Origin: Eledone cirrhosa | Taxonomy: Eukaryota | Length of the DNA stretch: 64,000 bases | Direction of reading: 5' to 3' | NCBI GenBank assembly: GCA_964016885.1 | Contig: OZ024741.1 | Location: forward strand, 284,580,001-284,644,000 | Shown here: piece by piece, positions 1 to 14,532 of the stretch | Numbering within the stretch: the stretch's first letter is position 1 | Layout of the letters: the number at the start of each line of letters is the position of its first letter | The notes under the pieces: model-generated | What the model was told of the DNA's origin: nothing | The model's database searches: none | What the model saw: the letters and a program-made list of their open reading frames with translations, nothing else | Translations under genes and position numbers: made by a program

Positions 1-926
1 TAATTAATTAGGGAGCCAACTGTAATGATAAATAATAACAAATTATAATTGTTTAATAATGAAATTTAAGACTTGTCAGAGATCAAAATAACCAATCTAC
101 ATTTTTAGGTAGAGTAAAATTAGACTACAATTAAAAATTAAACATTGTTTAATTCAACAGTTCATCTAATGAATTGATGAATTCACTATAATTGATTGAT
201 TCACTATAAATCAATAATTGATGAATTGACTTTTACCTAATTTTGCCCCTTGGGATGTTGAATTTTACTATATTATAAAAAAAATCTGTAATACTCATAA
301 AAAGTGCAATTATATGATGCACTGTTTTTGATTTATTTTACTGCATTATTTTATAACTAAATTTTTAAAAATATAATTTGATTAAGAGTGGAAATTTTAA
401 ATATCTTATAACATAAATTAATAAATTGTACATATTAATTATTATTATTATTATTAATTAATTATTGTACAAATTATTGTACAAATTATTGTACACATTT
501 TATTTTAAAAAGATTAATTTGTATACATCAAGAAAAAAATTAAGTATACAGTAGTCAACTCTCCCTATAAGACAGTCATTTTTCCAGTCCTTTAAAGTGA
601 TATTTTTTTAACAATTAACTTATAATTATTTATTTTTAGTTTTATAATCTAAATATTTTTTTTCAAATTTAGACTTTAGCTGCAATATTTTAAGAAGTTT
701 TAAGAAGAAGTTTTCTTGTCCTTTACTTTTCCAGGTGTAATAACTTGTCCTTTACTTTTCTAGGTTTATTAATTTAAGAATATTTCTTTACATGCGCCCG
801 CATTTTTCCCTGTAATCCACTTTTTTTCCAGGCAAATGCAAGGATATTATATTAATATTAAAAATATTTATCAACAAATAAGTTAAATAAATAATAATGA
901 ATAGGAAGAAGTGCAGATAGGAAAAG

Positions 927-999
927 TAATCAGGGTGGGAATCGAACCCACGACCTTCGGATTGCGGGTCCGCTGCTCTACCGACTGAGCTACCTGACC
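927..999 (-). tRNA. tRNA-like gene or pseudo-tRNA, 73 nt; anticodon reads CGC but identity elements are non-canonical
   Basis: Minus strand GGTCAGG TA GCTC AGTCGGTA GAGC A GCGGA CCCGCAA TCCGA AGGTC GTGGG TTCGATT CCCAC CCTGATT A folds as a cloverleaf with A box and B box. TTTT follows after one further base. It has C33, two G-U pairs at the acceptor end and no G3:U70. Confidence 0.6.
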
Positions 1000-1280
1000 A
1001 CAATTCGCTATTGCACAATCTATCACTATTTTAATGTATTAGAAATTAGAAACAAACTAAGCGTTACTTATGTATGTAGTTCCTTACACTCTTTTGGTCC
1101 TCACTTATTTTTATGTAACTTTTTTTCTGCTGAACCAAATTTCAATATTTTTATGTCAAAAAGTAGCTTATCTGTGGTCCTATAAAGTGCAGAAAACCGC
1201 ATCCAATTCTATCAAAAATTGAATTAGTGACAAAGCTTAGAAGGTGTCGCGAGTGACCGAAATGGGACCTTAAGAATATT

Positions 1281-1403
<123 letters not shown>

Positions 1404-1443
1404 GATATTAAATAAATGGAAACTATATTTATAAAACCATATT

Positions 1444-1509
1444 TATTTCATTATATATATTTCAGGGATATCATATTAAAAATATGGTATGCCTTCTTCA
1501 GACAAAATA
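1444..1509 (-). ncRNA. Type I hammerhead ribozyme motif (66-nt family)
   Basis: TATTTTGT-CTGAAGA-AGGCATACCATATT ttt AATATGATATCCCT-GAAA-TATATA-TA-ATGAAATA: 8-bp stem I, paired stem II, palindromic stem III, AUA site. Confidence 0.85.
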
Positions 1510-1768
1510 CAATATAAACAGTCTTATAAATAGATAGATTTGACATACCTTACAACTTCAACTTCCATTTAAAAAGTTGATTTGGTAGTGAAAAATGTTA
1601 GGGACAGTTATAAAAAGAAAGAAAGAAAAAAAGTGAAGAAAAAGAAGAAATGCATGCAACTAAATAGAGAGAGATAGATATAGAGAGATAGATAGAGAGA
1701 AGAAATTCATGTAAAGAAACAGAGAGAGATAGATAGAGAGAGAAAAAACACAGAGGGAGATAGATAGA

Positions 1769-1799
<31 letters not shown>

Positions 1800-2269
1800 A
1801 AATAGAGAGAGATAGATATAGATAGAGATAGAGAGAAAGAAAATAGGTAGTTGGGCACCAGTTGAATGACGTATCAATGATATATTTATTTATTTATTTA
1901 TTTAGTTCTAGTATTAAGGTAGAGAGAGATATATGTGGTTAGGAGAGAAAACAGCCGTTACATAGAGAGAAAAGAAAAATATCCAGACATAAACGAGGCA
2001 GATTTAAAACATTATGTTTCATCAATGTAAAAATATCAATTCGTATGAATTAGGTATTATAATGTAAATATCAGTATTCATGAATGAGACACGTATCAAT
2101 AATGTGTGAAAAATAATGATCATATGTCTAGTTTAAAATTCCTAGGTTTATATCAGAGTTGAGATAAAACTGAGATAAAAAAAAAAAAAAAAAAAAAAAT
2201 GAGATAAAAAACTGAGATAAAAAACTTCAAAAAAAAATTGAAATACATAAGTATATATGCACTTTCATG

Positions 2270-2402
2270 AAAAAAGAAAAAAAGAAAAAAGAAAAAAGAA
2301 AAAAGAAAAAAGAAAAAAGAAAAAAGAAAAAAGAAAAAAGAAAAAAGAAAAAAGAAAAAAGAAAAAAGAAAAAAGAAAAAAAAAAGAAAAAAGAAAAAGA
2401 AA
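2270..2402. repeat. (GAAAAAA)n 7-mer tandem repeat inside the PLE 3' region
   Basis: Direct inspection. Confidence 0.9.
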
Positions 2403-4450
2403 ATAGAAGGTTATCCCAGATTCGATACTATAGACTTCCATGTGAATTTACGTGATCAACTCTGCAAATTCCTATTTCACATGAAAACATTCTCATTGTG
2501 CTATAAAAATTCTAGTATACATATATGTGTACATACACACAAAAATATATAGAATCTACATTAATTTTAACAATACTATTCTTGTCTTTACTCTACATGA
2601 TTATCGTTCAAGCATAAATAGACAACAGATATCAATATATCAATAAAAATATCAAAAAATTAAAAAATATTAAAAATAAAACACAGTATGCCTCGCAAAT
2701 CAACCACAGAGATCAACCCTTCAAAATTAATTGACAATATATTGCCAAGTTCATTATAAGCATCAGAATCAAAAGCAAACAAAACCCAAATTATTTACCA
2801 AATCCTGTCTAGCAGAAATCATTCCAAAAGTTTAGGATACCCATTTGATCTACAGATGGTCTTATATTTATTATAGAAGTTTATCTAGTGTAAAATTTAT
2901 TCGATATATTTGGAGCATCAGCTTTTAGGGTAGTTTAATTATTCATGAAGAATGTTTAAAAAAAAGAAATCGAAAGATTTATCGGCGAGTTTCATAAATA
3001 ATTATAAATCAAAGTAAATATACTACATTTTAAATTTATATTTATATTTAAAAGTTGAGTTCAATCTATGTCTGCAGCAACTGAATAAATTTGTCCGTAA
3101 ATTAAGGGAATTTTTAGATTTTAGTATAAAGAATATCTCCTCCGCGCAGAGGTCACATGTCTCAGAGGATGAATTAAAAGGAATCCCTCTTGAGACTATA
3201 TTCCAAGCCGTCGAATATCCAACGTTATCATGCTTAAGTTGCCAGAGTAAGCCTGATAGTGATGTTGAAGATTTTTTGCTTGGATCTGTGAAAGAATTCT
3301 TGTGGTTATTATAGCGAAGTTTAAATTCTGTCGAGGTGGAACCAACATAGTTAAAAGAATTTAAGTCCGTTTTAACATTACAGTTGTATATTATATTTTT
3401 AACTAAGCAATTGTTATTTAACGGACATTTAGATCTATCTCTACAGTTACATTTGTTTACTTGGATATTATTTATGCTATTATCGGTATTTTGGCTAGGT
3501 TTTAAATTCCTATTATTTATTCTATTAATATTTTGTGCTAAATTTTTTGGTGGATGAGTAAGTTAATTTTATAGTATGTCTATTGAAAATTGAGTGATAC
3601 CTATGTGTTCTAGGGAAGCGATTATCAAGAGCATTAAAAATAGTTTAGCGATGTGGGTTTTAATGTTTAGTGAGAAAGGGGGGGGGGGGCAAACCATATT
3701 ATATTCCTAGTTCTATTTCTTTTTTGGCTTTTGGAATTATTGTAATGCTTTCTATTATAGTTGTTAAAGTTGTTGCCGTAATTAAAATTGTTGTTATTTT
3801 GGTTAGTTTGTCTATTATTATCTATGTACATAATTTTATCATTATATCCTGCTCTAGCTAACGCTTCATTGTAATACTGGGTTTTTCGTCGAAAATCTTT
3901 TTATTAGATGAGATTCTAGAGATACGTTTTTGAACAGAGTTCACTATAGTATTTTTAACAGATCTGGGGGTGGTTAGAGTTAAAACTGACATAGTTTAAG
4001 TTTTCATTCAACTTGTGAAATGGATAGTGAAGACATGTGTTGAGATTTAATGTTACATCTAGGTTACCGCTAGATAGTATTAGCAACTGGAAAGGCCAAC
4101 GGAAACATTGTTTCCTCGGTCCGATTTGACGAAAGTCGATCGTCCAAAAAAAAAAAAAAATATATATACATAAAATTTGGTAGTAACATGTTCTTATGCC
4201 GTATTTGACCAAATAGAATTAGTCTGTTAGTTGAAATTTAAAAAAAACCCCCTCTAAATGTAAAAAAAAAGGGACGAACACGGTACACGACCCACATCTT
4301 AGTTTTGCCAGACCAATATGTTACCATTATACCAACAAGCCGCCCATGCTTCCTTTCCTTCAATTAGAAGCTATATAACCAGAGCAGGTATATATATGTA
4401 TATAAATAGGGACACACACACACACATACACACACGTGAAACTAATACTG

Positions 4451-4636
4451 TAATTGTTTCTACGTTTGGCACAAGGCCAGCAATTCCCCAGTGCATTATT
4501 GGTACTTTATTTTATCGACCCCGTAAGGATGAAAGGCAAAGTTAACCTCGGTGGGATTTGAAATCAGAATGGCAAGGGCCGTAAATCTATGCATCAAAGC
4601 ATGGCATCCGACACTCTACCGATACTGCCAATCCAC
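4451..4636 (-). mobile_element. tRNA-derived SINE, family A (core TTTGCCTTTCATCCTTACGGGGTCGATAAAATAAAGTACC; Nin/Deu-like)
   Basis: A/B-box head and a core shared with more than 10 copies in the window. Confidence 0.8.
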
Positions 4637-4690
4637 GTAACATTTACTCCTTTTTTTTGTCTGTTTTTTGTTTTCTATTATTTCGAACTG

Positions 4691-4849
<159 letters not shown>

Positions 4850-5037
4850 ATACATATATTATATATATATATACACATATATATATATATATATATACAT
4901 ATATATATGGAAAGTTATATTTAAATTGTTGGGTTACAACTAGTAAATATTTATAACTGATATAAAAGCACTCGACAAGTATTTGGAGTATATTTACGAT
5001 ATTAAATAAATGGAAACTATATTTATAAAACCATATT

Positions 5038-5103
5038 TATTTCATTATATATATTTCAGGGATATCATATTAACAATATGGTATGCCTTCCTCAGACAAA
5101 ATA
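5038..5103 (-). ncRNA. Type I hammerhead ribozyme motif (66-nt family)
   Basis: TATTTTGT-CTGAGGA-AGG..CCT-GAAA-TATATA-TA-ATGAAATA. Confidence 0.85.
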
Positions 5104-6503
5104 CAATATAAACAGTTTTATAGATAAATAGATTTGACATACCGTACAACATCGACTTGTATTTGAAAAGTTGAATTGGCAGTGAAAAAATTGTACACAG
5201 AGAGAAATAAAGAAAGAGGGAAAAAAAAAAAAAAAAAGAAAGACAGAAAACGAAGAAAAAGAAGAAAAAGAAGAAAAAGAAGAAATGCATGGAACAAAAT
5301 AGAGAGATGGAAAGATAGATAAAGAGAAGAACTTCATGTAAAGAAACAGAGAGAGATATATATATATAGAGAGAGGAAATAGAGATAGATATATATATAG
5401 AAAACTAGGTAGTGGGACATCCGTTGAGTAAACGTATCAATGATACATTTATTTATTTATTTATTTAGCTCTAGTATTAATGTAAGGGAGATATATGTGG
5501 TTAGGAGAGAAACCAGCTGTTATATAGAGAGAAAAATTAAAAATTAAAAATAAAAATAACCAGACATAGGCGAGGCATAAAAACCCTATGTTTTAATGTA
5601 GAGGTATTAGTATGTATAAAAACCAGCCACTATATTGTAAATATCAGTATTCCTGAATGAGACATGTATCCATAATGTGTGAAAAGTAATGATCTTATGT
5701 TTAGTTTTTTTTAAAAATTCATATGTTTATGTGATAACTACAAACATCTATGTGAATTTACATGATCAACTCTGCAAACCCTAAGTTCACGGAAAACATT
5801 CTCAATTGTGCTATAAAAATTTAAGTATACATATATGTGTATATATATACACACATATATATATAGGCGTCTATATTACTACTATTCTTGTCTTTACTCT
5901 ACACGATTATCTATCAAGCAGAAATAGAAAGCAGATTTCAATATATTAATAAAAAAAATATATATCAGAAACAAAAACCAAAAAATAACAACAATAATAA
6001 TAATAATAAATAATAATAAAATAGAAAACTAAAAAATATTACGAAAGAATATTACATATTAAAAATATTTTTTTCTCTCTATATAACAGCTGGTTTCTCT
6101 CCTAACCACATATATCTCCCTTACATTAATACTAGAGCTAAATAAATAAATAAATAAATGTATCATTGATACGTTTACTCAACGGATGTCCCACTACCTA
6201 GTTTTCTATATATATATCTATCTCTATTTCCTCTCTCTATATATATATATCTCTCTCTGTTTCTTTACATGAAGTTCTTCTCTTTATCTATCTTTCCATC
6301 TCTCTATTTTGTTCCATGCATTTCTTCTTTTTCTTCTTTTTCTTCTTTTTCTTCGTTTTCTGTCTTTTTTTTTTTTTTTTTTTTTTTCCTCTTTCTATAT
6401 TTCTCTCTGTGTACAATCTTTTCACTGCCAATTCAACTTTTCAAATACAAGTCGATGTTGTACGGTATGTCAAATCTATTTATCTATAAAACTGTTTATA
6501 TTG

Positions 6504-6569
6504 TATTTTGTCTGAGGAAGGCATAGCATATTGTTAATATGATATCACTGAAATATATATAATGAAATA
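6504..6569 (+). ncRNA. Type I hammerhead ribozyme motif (inverted copy of 5038-5103)
   Basis: Same core; two substitutions weaken stem II. Confidence 0.75.
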
Positions 6570-6612
6570 AATATGGTTTTATAAATATAGTTTCCATTTA
6601 TTTAATATCGTA

Positions 6613-7447
<835 letters not shown>

Positions 7448-7631
7448 CGTTATTCCGGGTTGAATCGGAGGTAACCACAGTAAGTAAGGTACTCAATACA
7501 TTGCAGAGTATAAAAGTTTTAATATAGATGAGATTCTACAGGACTAGAACTGTTTCATTCTTTAGAAATCATCAGGAATCCTGATGATTTCTAAAGTATG
7601 AAACTGTAGAATCTCATCTATATTAAAACTT
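7448..7631. mobile_element. Miniature fold-back HHR element (same family as 51451-53290)
   Basis: Inverted arms 7514-7577 / 7580-7631; shared extension CCGGGTTGA..ACCACAGTAAGTAAGGTACTCAATACAT; (TA)n on both sides. Confidence 0.85.
7532..7580 (-). ncRNA. Type I hammerhead ribozyme motif
   Basis: GATTC-CTGATGA-tTTC taaa GAAt-GAAA-CAG ttctagtc CTG-TA-GAATC; GUA site. Confidence 0.75.
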
Positions 7632-7647
7632 ATATATATATATATAT

Positions 7648-7855
<208 letters not shown>

Positions 7856-8714
7856 GTATATATATACATGTATATATCAATGGACTCAAAACTCCTGATA
7901 GAGTCGTTTGAGCGCCGTACTGACACAAGGTATTTTGGACATTTTAGACTTGGCGGGACCCATCCCCTGTTCAGGTCTGAATACAGCCGATTTTGACCAG
8001 AGAAGGAGGGAGAGAGGAGTGATAGAAGATGAAGCACTTTATCTTATTGACCTCGAAATGATGAAAGGCAAAGTTAACCTCGATAGCTTTTGAACTCACT
8101 GTCAGAATGAATATAGCACTCAATCTGACGTTCTCACGACAAATTCTCCTCCTCCGTACATACATACTTACATAAATACATACACACATACATACATACA
8201 TACATATATACATACGTATATACATACAGCCGCGCACACACAATCACACACATGTACACATAATAATTACATTCGTGTGTTCGTGTTCGTGTTTAGTTTG
8301 GGGCCCGTACGAACTGAGATTATAGAATCTCACATGTATATTTAATGAACGTCCCCCCAACTTTATTATTTGATCTCATGACTGGCTTTGATTCGTCTTC
8401 ATTATTTTTTTTATCTCTTTTATATTCTTTCACGTCGTTCATTTTGTTTCATATGTTTGTTGAATTCATTGTTTCATTAACCATTTCATAGTAAATCTCT
8501 AGCAGCAAAGAAAATAGTTCTCTATTGCAAACGATCGATATTTCTATTTTCAGGCAACCTTTTCAGGCAACCTTTTCACAGAATTATTAATATTTCAATG
8601 AATTATTAATATTATGCATTATGTTTTGATTTATAAACATTTACTTCCTTTTTCCGAAAGAGCTGAATTAAAATAAAGAAGTAGTGTCATGTGTGTTGCT
8701 CCTATCCTATCATC

Positions 8715-9056
8715 CATATAATGGAATGGACCGACGTCGGTTTTGAAGGTCAGTGTTCCAGTTGTTCGATCATAGGAACAACCTGTTCATGAAATTAACA
8801 TGCATGCAGTTGAACATTCTACAGTCACATGTTCTCTTAGGAAGATTCAGTGTGACACAGTGTGTGACAAGGTTGTCCATCTGAATTACAAGTACCTCCA
8901 ATGCGACAGGTAATTTTCGTTTACCCAATTTCCCCAGCAAGTATTGGGTGGACTCCAGGCTATGGATTTAATGACACGCAAGGTGCCACGAATGGAATCG
9001 ATTCAGGAAATAATTATTGCAAAAAGGTCTTCTTAACCATTTAGTCATTCATGCCG
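8715..9056 (-). mobile_element. tRNA-derived SINE, family B (degenerate)
   Basis: Reverse-complement similarity to 15487-15800 and 20668-20980. Confidence 0.55.
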
Positions 9057-9214
9057 AGTACACACGAGTAGATAAATCCCTCCATTAAATATGTACATTT
9101 GCTTCTACATCTACAAACATGTGTATTACATACTGAGAGTTGGTAGTGGTGATATCTTCAGTTGCTTGAAGATATGAAATTTTGTATTAGTATAATAGTT
9201 GTGATATAATTTCA

Positions 9215-9490
9215 GCGTGTGAAGGTATATTGTCTAGTGATTAGTATGTTGTATTCACGATCGTAAGGTCGTTAGTTCGATTCCCAGACCAGGTGAACTG
9301 TTGAATCCTTCAGCAGATACATTCCAGCAGTAGCTGGTATTTAAACATGGCATGGGCTATGAGGAAGAATACGCCTGTGTCGACACTGGTATCCTGCTGT
9401 ATTGTCCCATGTCTTTCCCTTGGACAACATCAGTGATTTAAAGAGGGGAAACTAGCATGCATAAGGGACTGTAGTCCTCCACAAAACACC
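9215..9490 (+). mobile_element. tRNA-derived SINE, family B (degenerate)
   Basis: tRNA-like head TGTCTAGTGATTAG..GTTCGATTCCC. Confidence 0.55.
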
Positions 9491-9498
9491 TATACACA

Positions 9499-9571
<73 letters not shown>

Positions 9572-10516
9572 GTTTAGAAAGCGACGAGAGAAGTTTGAAA
9601 ATTGAAAATAAAAATAGGTCTCGCCGCAACAGCCGTCTAAATAAAATAATCTATCTTTGTTGTTGATGTTATTGTTGTTCGTATTCGAAGATTAAAAAAC
9701 TGGTATGTAGATAGATAGATAGCGAGACTGACTGATAGAGAGATGGAGGGTCTGAAAGATAGATATGTAGACAACCAGACAGATAGACAGACAATTATAT
9801 CTAGAAAAGAGAGATATGTATGTAGATACATTGAGGTTGTTTTTATCGTAAAGCCAGTTGGATATATAGGCAGATAGTTATAAATAATTTGTGTCATACA
9901 GCTGAACATTGTCAACAGTATGTGTGACAAATGGAGGTAGGGAGGAATATATCAAAACATGTGTCCAAATTACTTCTTCCCTAACAAATCACAATATAGT
10001 TATCATGCTATCAAGTGTTTTCTTATAATAATATAAATCTATCTATATATAAATTTAAGTGACTTCCGTACGTCCACACGTTGTGTGAGTTTGTGTGAAT
10101 GTATGTGTGTGTAAAAAGAAGGAATGGGATGGTGAAAAAAGTATAGCAAAACAGCGACTGGCGTTTCATTTCTTACACTGTGTGTCAGTGTATGTGCATG
10201 TATGTGTTTATATAAATGTATGTGTGTGTGTATGTGTGTTTGTGTGAATATATGTATGTGAGTGTGTATTTTTGTAAGTGTGTTTGTGTTTGCGCGTTTA
10301 TATTTATATGCTCATACATATAAATGTATGCATATGCACATTCACACGCGCACACACATATACACATACGCGCCAGCGTGTTGAAAAAAATCATAGTATT
10401 ATAAAAAGGGTATTGTTTGCCTGTCAATCCGTCAGTCCGTTCAGTTTATATAGAGAGGGGGAGCGCCAAGCGAAGGAGATGTACATAGATAGATAGAGAG
10501 AGGAGGATCGTCATTT

Positions 10517-10571
<55 letters not shown>

Positions 10572-11158
10572 AAAGAGAGAGAGAGAGAGAGAAAGAGGGA
10601 GAAGGTGACGTCACTCTCATCTATACAATATTAAAGCAACTCCTATAAAATATGAATGAAATAAATCATATAAAATGCATATTGTAGATTGCGTGGGAGA
10701 ATTCATGATCTTTATAAAAATAAATAAATTTTATTGCTTTTACAATTTTGCTGCTGCGCTGCAAATAATGAATTTCAATTACAATAATTTTATTTTTTCC
10801 GCAATATGGGACAACAATTCGCCCTCCTATTGCTTATGTACCCGTAATACTGCTCACAAAAACTAATGCTTTTTCGTTAGGGACATTGAACAAGATAAGA
10901 TTGTAAAACTAAAAAGAAAAAAAAACAAAAAAAACAATAACAAAAATATAATAATCATATATTTTGCTTTTCATCGATATTGCTGTCTTTGAAGAAGGAA
11001 ACCAATGCTGACTACACTCTTATCCATTTTTTATTTGGTTAGGATGTCTTGACAAAGGAAAAACGAAAACGATATAGGCGTGGTTATGTGCTTAAGAACT
11101 TAATTTCATTCAATGTTTGATTCCGCCCCATACTATTTTATAAATATATATTTATACA

Positions 11159-11212
<54 letters not shown>

Positions 11213-11269
11213 CATAAATATATATAAATATACATATATTTCTACATATATATATATACATATATTTCT

Positions 11270-11325
<56 letters not shown>

Positions 11326-11355
11326 AGATCAAAAGATGGTTAAAAGAGTTCCAAG

Positions 11356-11426
11356 TATTTTATTATGCGCATTTCAAAAACAAATATCATCAAGGGATTA
11401 TATCTGCGTTCTCATCAGATAAAATA
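11356..11426 (-). ncRNA. Type I hammerhead ribozyme motif
   Basis: TATTTTAT-CTGATGA-GAACGCAGATAT..ATATTTGTTTTT-GAAA-TGCGCA-TA-ATAAAATA. Confidence 0.85.
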
Positions 11427-11551
11427 GGGATGCATGATATGAAGCTTAAAATCAACATATGAAAAATAAATTAATCTTAATTTATTTTTCATATGTTGAT
11501 TTAAAACTTCACTATTCACAAGTGTTTTTTAAGCTTCACATCATGTATCCC

Positions 11552-11622
11552 TATTTTATCTGATGACAACGCAGATATCATCCCATGATGATATTTGTTT
11601 TTGAAATGCGCATAATAAAATA
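11552..11622 (+). ncRNA. Type I hammerhead ribozyme motif (inverted copy)
   Basis: TATTTTAT-CTGATGA-..GCAGATATCATC ccat GATGATATTTGT..-GAAA-TGCGCA-TA-ATAAAATA. Confidence 0.85.
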
Positions 11623-11734
11623 CTTGGAACTCTTTTAACCATCTTTTGATCTTATATTATTTATACTCCAGTCCTACAAACTGTAGAGTGCTACTTATCC
11701 GATATTTGCATTGCTTTATTGTGCTACAATAAAA

Positions 11735-11868
<134 letters not shown>

Positions 11869-11961
11869 TATATAAATATACATATATTTCTACATATATT
11901 TATATACATATATTAATTAAAAATATTAATAAATATAGACATTCAACGTAATCAAAATATA

Positions 11962-12027
11962 TGCTTTATTATATATATTTCGGAAGTACTGTGTTGTTTT
12001 TTCAGTACGTCCTCATCAGATAAAATA
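11962..12027 (-). ncRNA. Type I hammerhead ribozyme motif (66-nt family)
   Basis: TATTTTAT-CTGATGA-GGAcGTACTG..CAGTACtTCC-GAAA-TATATA-TA-ATAAAGCA. Confidence 0.85.
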
Positions 12028-12643
12028 TATAAATTGATGTATGACATACCTCAACTGTGCTGATGATTTAATTCCAGTCTTGGCGGTGATTAATTACAAC
12101 AAAACTCAATATTTATATACCATAAGTACTAACATGACAAACTAAATATAATGGAGAGGGTGAGTAGGAGAAAGTGTAGAAAAAATAAATAACTACATAA
12201 ACACATAAGTACATAAATATTAAATATTTAAATATGTAAATATCCGTATTAGAGAAAAAAAAACAAATGAGAGAGAGAGATCTAAGTAGAAGAGAAAGGG
12301 AAAAGATAAGGAGATGAAGATAAAAACAAAGAGAGGGAGATAGAGGTGGTAGAATATATAATTGCATAAGGAAAAGAAAGGAAGAAAAGAGGGACATGAT
12401 GTGTGACCGTTTTTTTTCAAAAATTAAGTTAGGTAGAAGTGATCAATTAAATACCGTGAAATGTTTAATCTATTGTATTTGATAGAAATTATACTATTAT
12501 ATTATATCAAAATTAAACAATATACAATAATATAAAATAATATAAAATAATTTCAATGATAATCTGGAGCGTATTTAAATTAATAAATACATTCAATAAT
12601 TTAGTTATAAAATTCAAAGTTAGAAACATTATTAACTAACAAT

Positions 12644-12833
12644 GCGGTGGATTGGCAGTATCGGTAGAGAGTCGGACGCCATGCTTTCCAGCATAGTTAC
12701 GTCCCTTTACGATCTTAGTTCAAATCCCGCCGAGGTTGACTTTGCCTTTCATCCTTACGGGGTCGATAAAATAAAGTACCAGTAATGCACTGGGTAATTG
12801 CTGGCCTTGTGCCTAAAGTAGAAACAATTATTA
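12644..12833 (+). mobile_element. tRNA-derived SINE, family A
   Basis: Full head, core and tail (..GGCCTTGTGCCTAAAGTAGAAACAATTATTA). Confidence 0.85.
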
Positions 12834-13032
12834 ACTAACAATGATGAGTGAATAAGTATGCGAGTATTTAACTTAATTTACTTGGATATTAGCATCTGTA
12901 TATGCATTTTATATAATGTTTAGAAATATAAATATTATAAACAATACTAAATAAATCAATATTTGTCAATTACATATAGGATTAATTATTAGGTATAATT
13001 ACTCTTGAGAGTATTATTATTTCGATATATAT

Positions 13033-13064
<32 letters not shown>

Positions 13065-13068
<4 letters not shown>

Positions 13069-13280
13069 AGAATATTTTCGAAACAGCGAGCGGGCTTGAA
13101 ATTATTAGAAACGTAAGCCATCGCCGTATTTTGAGAAATGGAAAAAGATGAGTATTGACGTACATGTACGTCAATACTCTTTTCCATTTCTCCGAGGGTT
13201 CTTAACCCCACTATCAGGCTAAATAATTTCTTTAAATTCTTTAGTCAAAATACGGCGATGGCTTACATTTCTAATAATAT
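13065..13280. repeat. Fold-back element without a canonical HHR
   Basis: Outer arms 13101-13134 / 13246-13279 and an inner ~60-nt palindrome centred on GACGTACATGTACGTC; TA-flanked. Confidence 0.85.
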
Positions 13281-13455
13281 ATATAGCCTCTGTGTCACGT
13301 GATTGATTCTTTAGAATCGGCCATTTGACTAGAAGCAGTGAGGATTTCAGTGCATGGAATTCAGTCCTCGCCAGCTGTTCCATCTACCGAATTATTATTA
13401 TTTTTATATGAGCCGCCAGTGTCCGCGCATTGCCTGGAGACTTAGCTGAGAATAG

Positions 13456-13537
13456 ACTCCCTGATGACGCAATGAATTCTCGACAGTTAGATTACGTAAC
13501 TGTCTTTATCCCATTGCAGAAACTAATTAGTTGGAGT
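13456..13537 (+). ncRNA. Type I hammerhead ribozyme motif with extended stem II
   Basis: ACTCC-CTGATGA-cGCAATG..GACAGTTA gattacg TAACTGTC..CATTGCa-GAAA-CTAATTAG-TT-GGAGT; GUU site. Confidence 0.85.
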
Positions 13538-13717
13538 GAAAATTTAAGTAAGTAAAAAAATTAAAAAAAAAAATTTTTTTAAAAAAGATTTTCTTATTTT
13601 ACGTCTTTTATATTATTGTTCTGCATCCTCCTGCATTGAACCACCTAGGTACTATGACATAACCTGTGTATTTGCTGGCATAGGCGTGCATCTGTGCGCT
13701 TTAGTTGATATATTAAA

Positions 13718-13812
<95 letters not shown>

Positions 13813-14094
13813 AGAAAGTATGACCCCGGCGGCAGAGTTCAAGCCGTTTCGACGGCTATTTCTGGACTAAAGTAAGAGTTTTTTAGTCTGGTCTAGTTTC
13901 ATACACTTAACATGTATGTGATACCATTGGTTTCGGGGTCCAGTCATTGCCCAATACTGTACAAGCCCACACCGTACACACTGTACAAGCCCACACCGCA
14001 AGTCACCATCTCACCATACCTCCTGTGGCCTCTCTCGTCAAGCACAAGGACACATTTAATGATCCCCCCACAAAAAAACCCCGTTGTTTACGAA

Positions 14095-14225
14095 TAATTG
14101 TTTCTACTTTTTGGCACAAGGCCAGCAATTATCCCAGTGCATTATATCGACCCCGTAAGGATGAAAGGCAAAGTTAACCTTGGTAGCATTTGAACTCAGA
14201 CCATAAAGGGCCGTAACTCTTTGCT
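14095..14225 (-). mobile_element. SINE family A (partial)
   Basis: Core ATCGACCCCGTAAGGATGAAAGGCAAAGTTAACCT. Confidence 0.75.
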
Positions 14226-14532
14226 GCAAAGCTCGTACGAATAATGTTTATAGCTCGTAAAGAGTTCCGCTCAAAAACAAAGCATTCTGCTGAAAAACTT
14301 CAGAGAATTATAAAATGCACACAATTATATGTATCGATATGGTATCTTGTAATTACCTTTTAGTCGATAAATGTGGATAAATATGGATGATTAAAAAAGA
14401 CGTTTAGATGAATAGTAATTAATTAATTTAATGAATATCTAATAATCGAATTAATGAATAAAATAGAAATAATTGTAAGATTGCATAACTGTATAAATAA
14501 ATAAAAAGATACTTAGTGGAATATGTGCAGAT

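Larger units (their letters stand above)
4909..6612. mobile_element. Fold-back PLE 3'-end derivative with ~540-bp inverted arms (4995-5536 / 6070-6612), flanked by (TA)n
   Basis: Arms are near-identical reverse complements and homologous to 1401-2690. A 3' extension (4909-4995) is present on one arm only. Confidence 0.9.

Noticed and set aside
4270-4345. Degenerate tRNA-like sequence on the minus strand
   Set aside because: An A box is present but the T arm and acceptor stem do not fold. It is probably a decayed SINE head.
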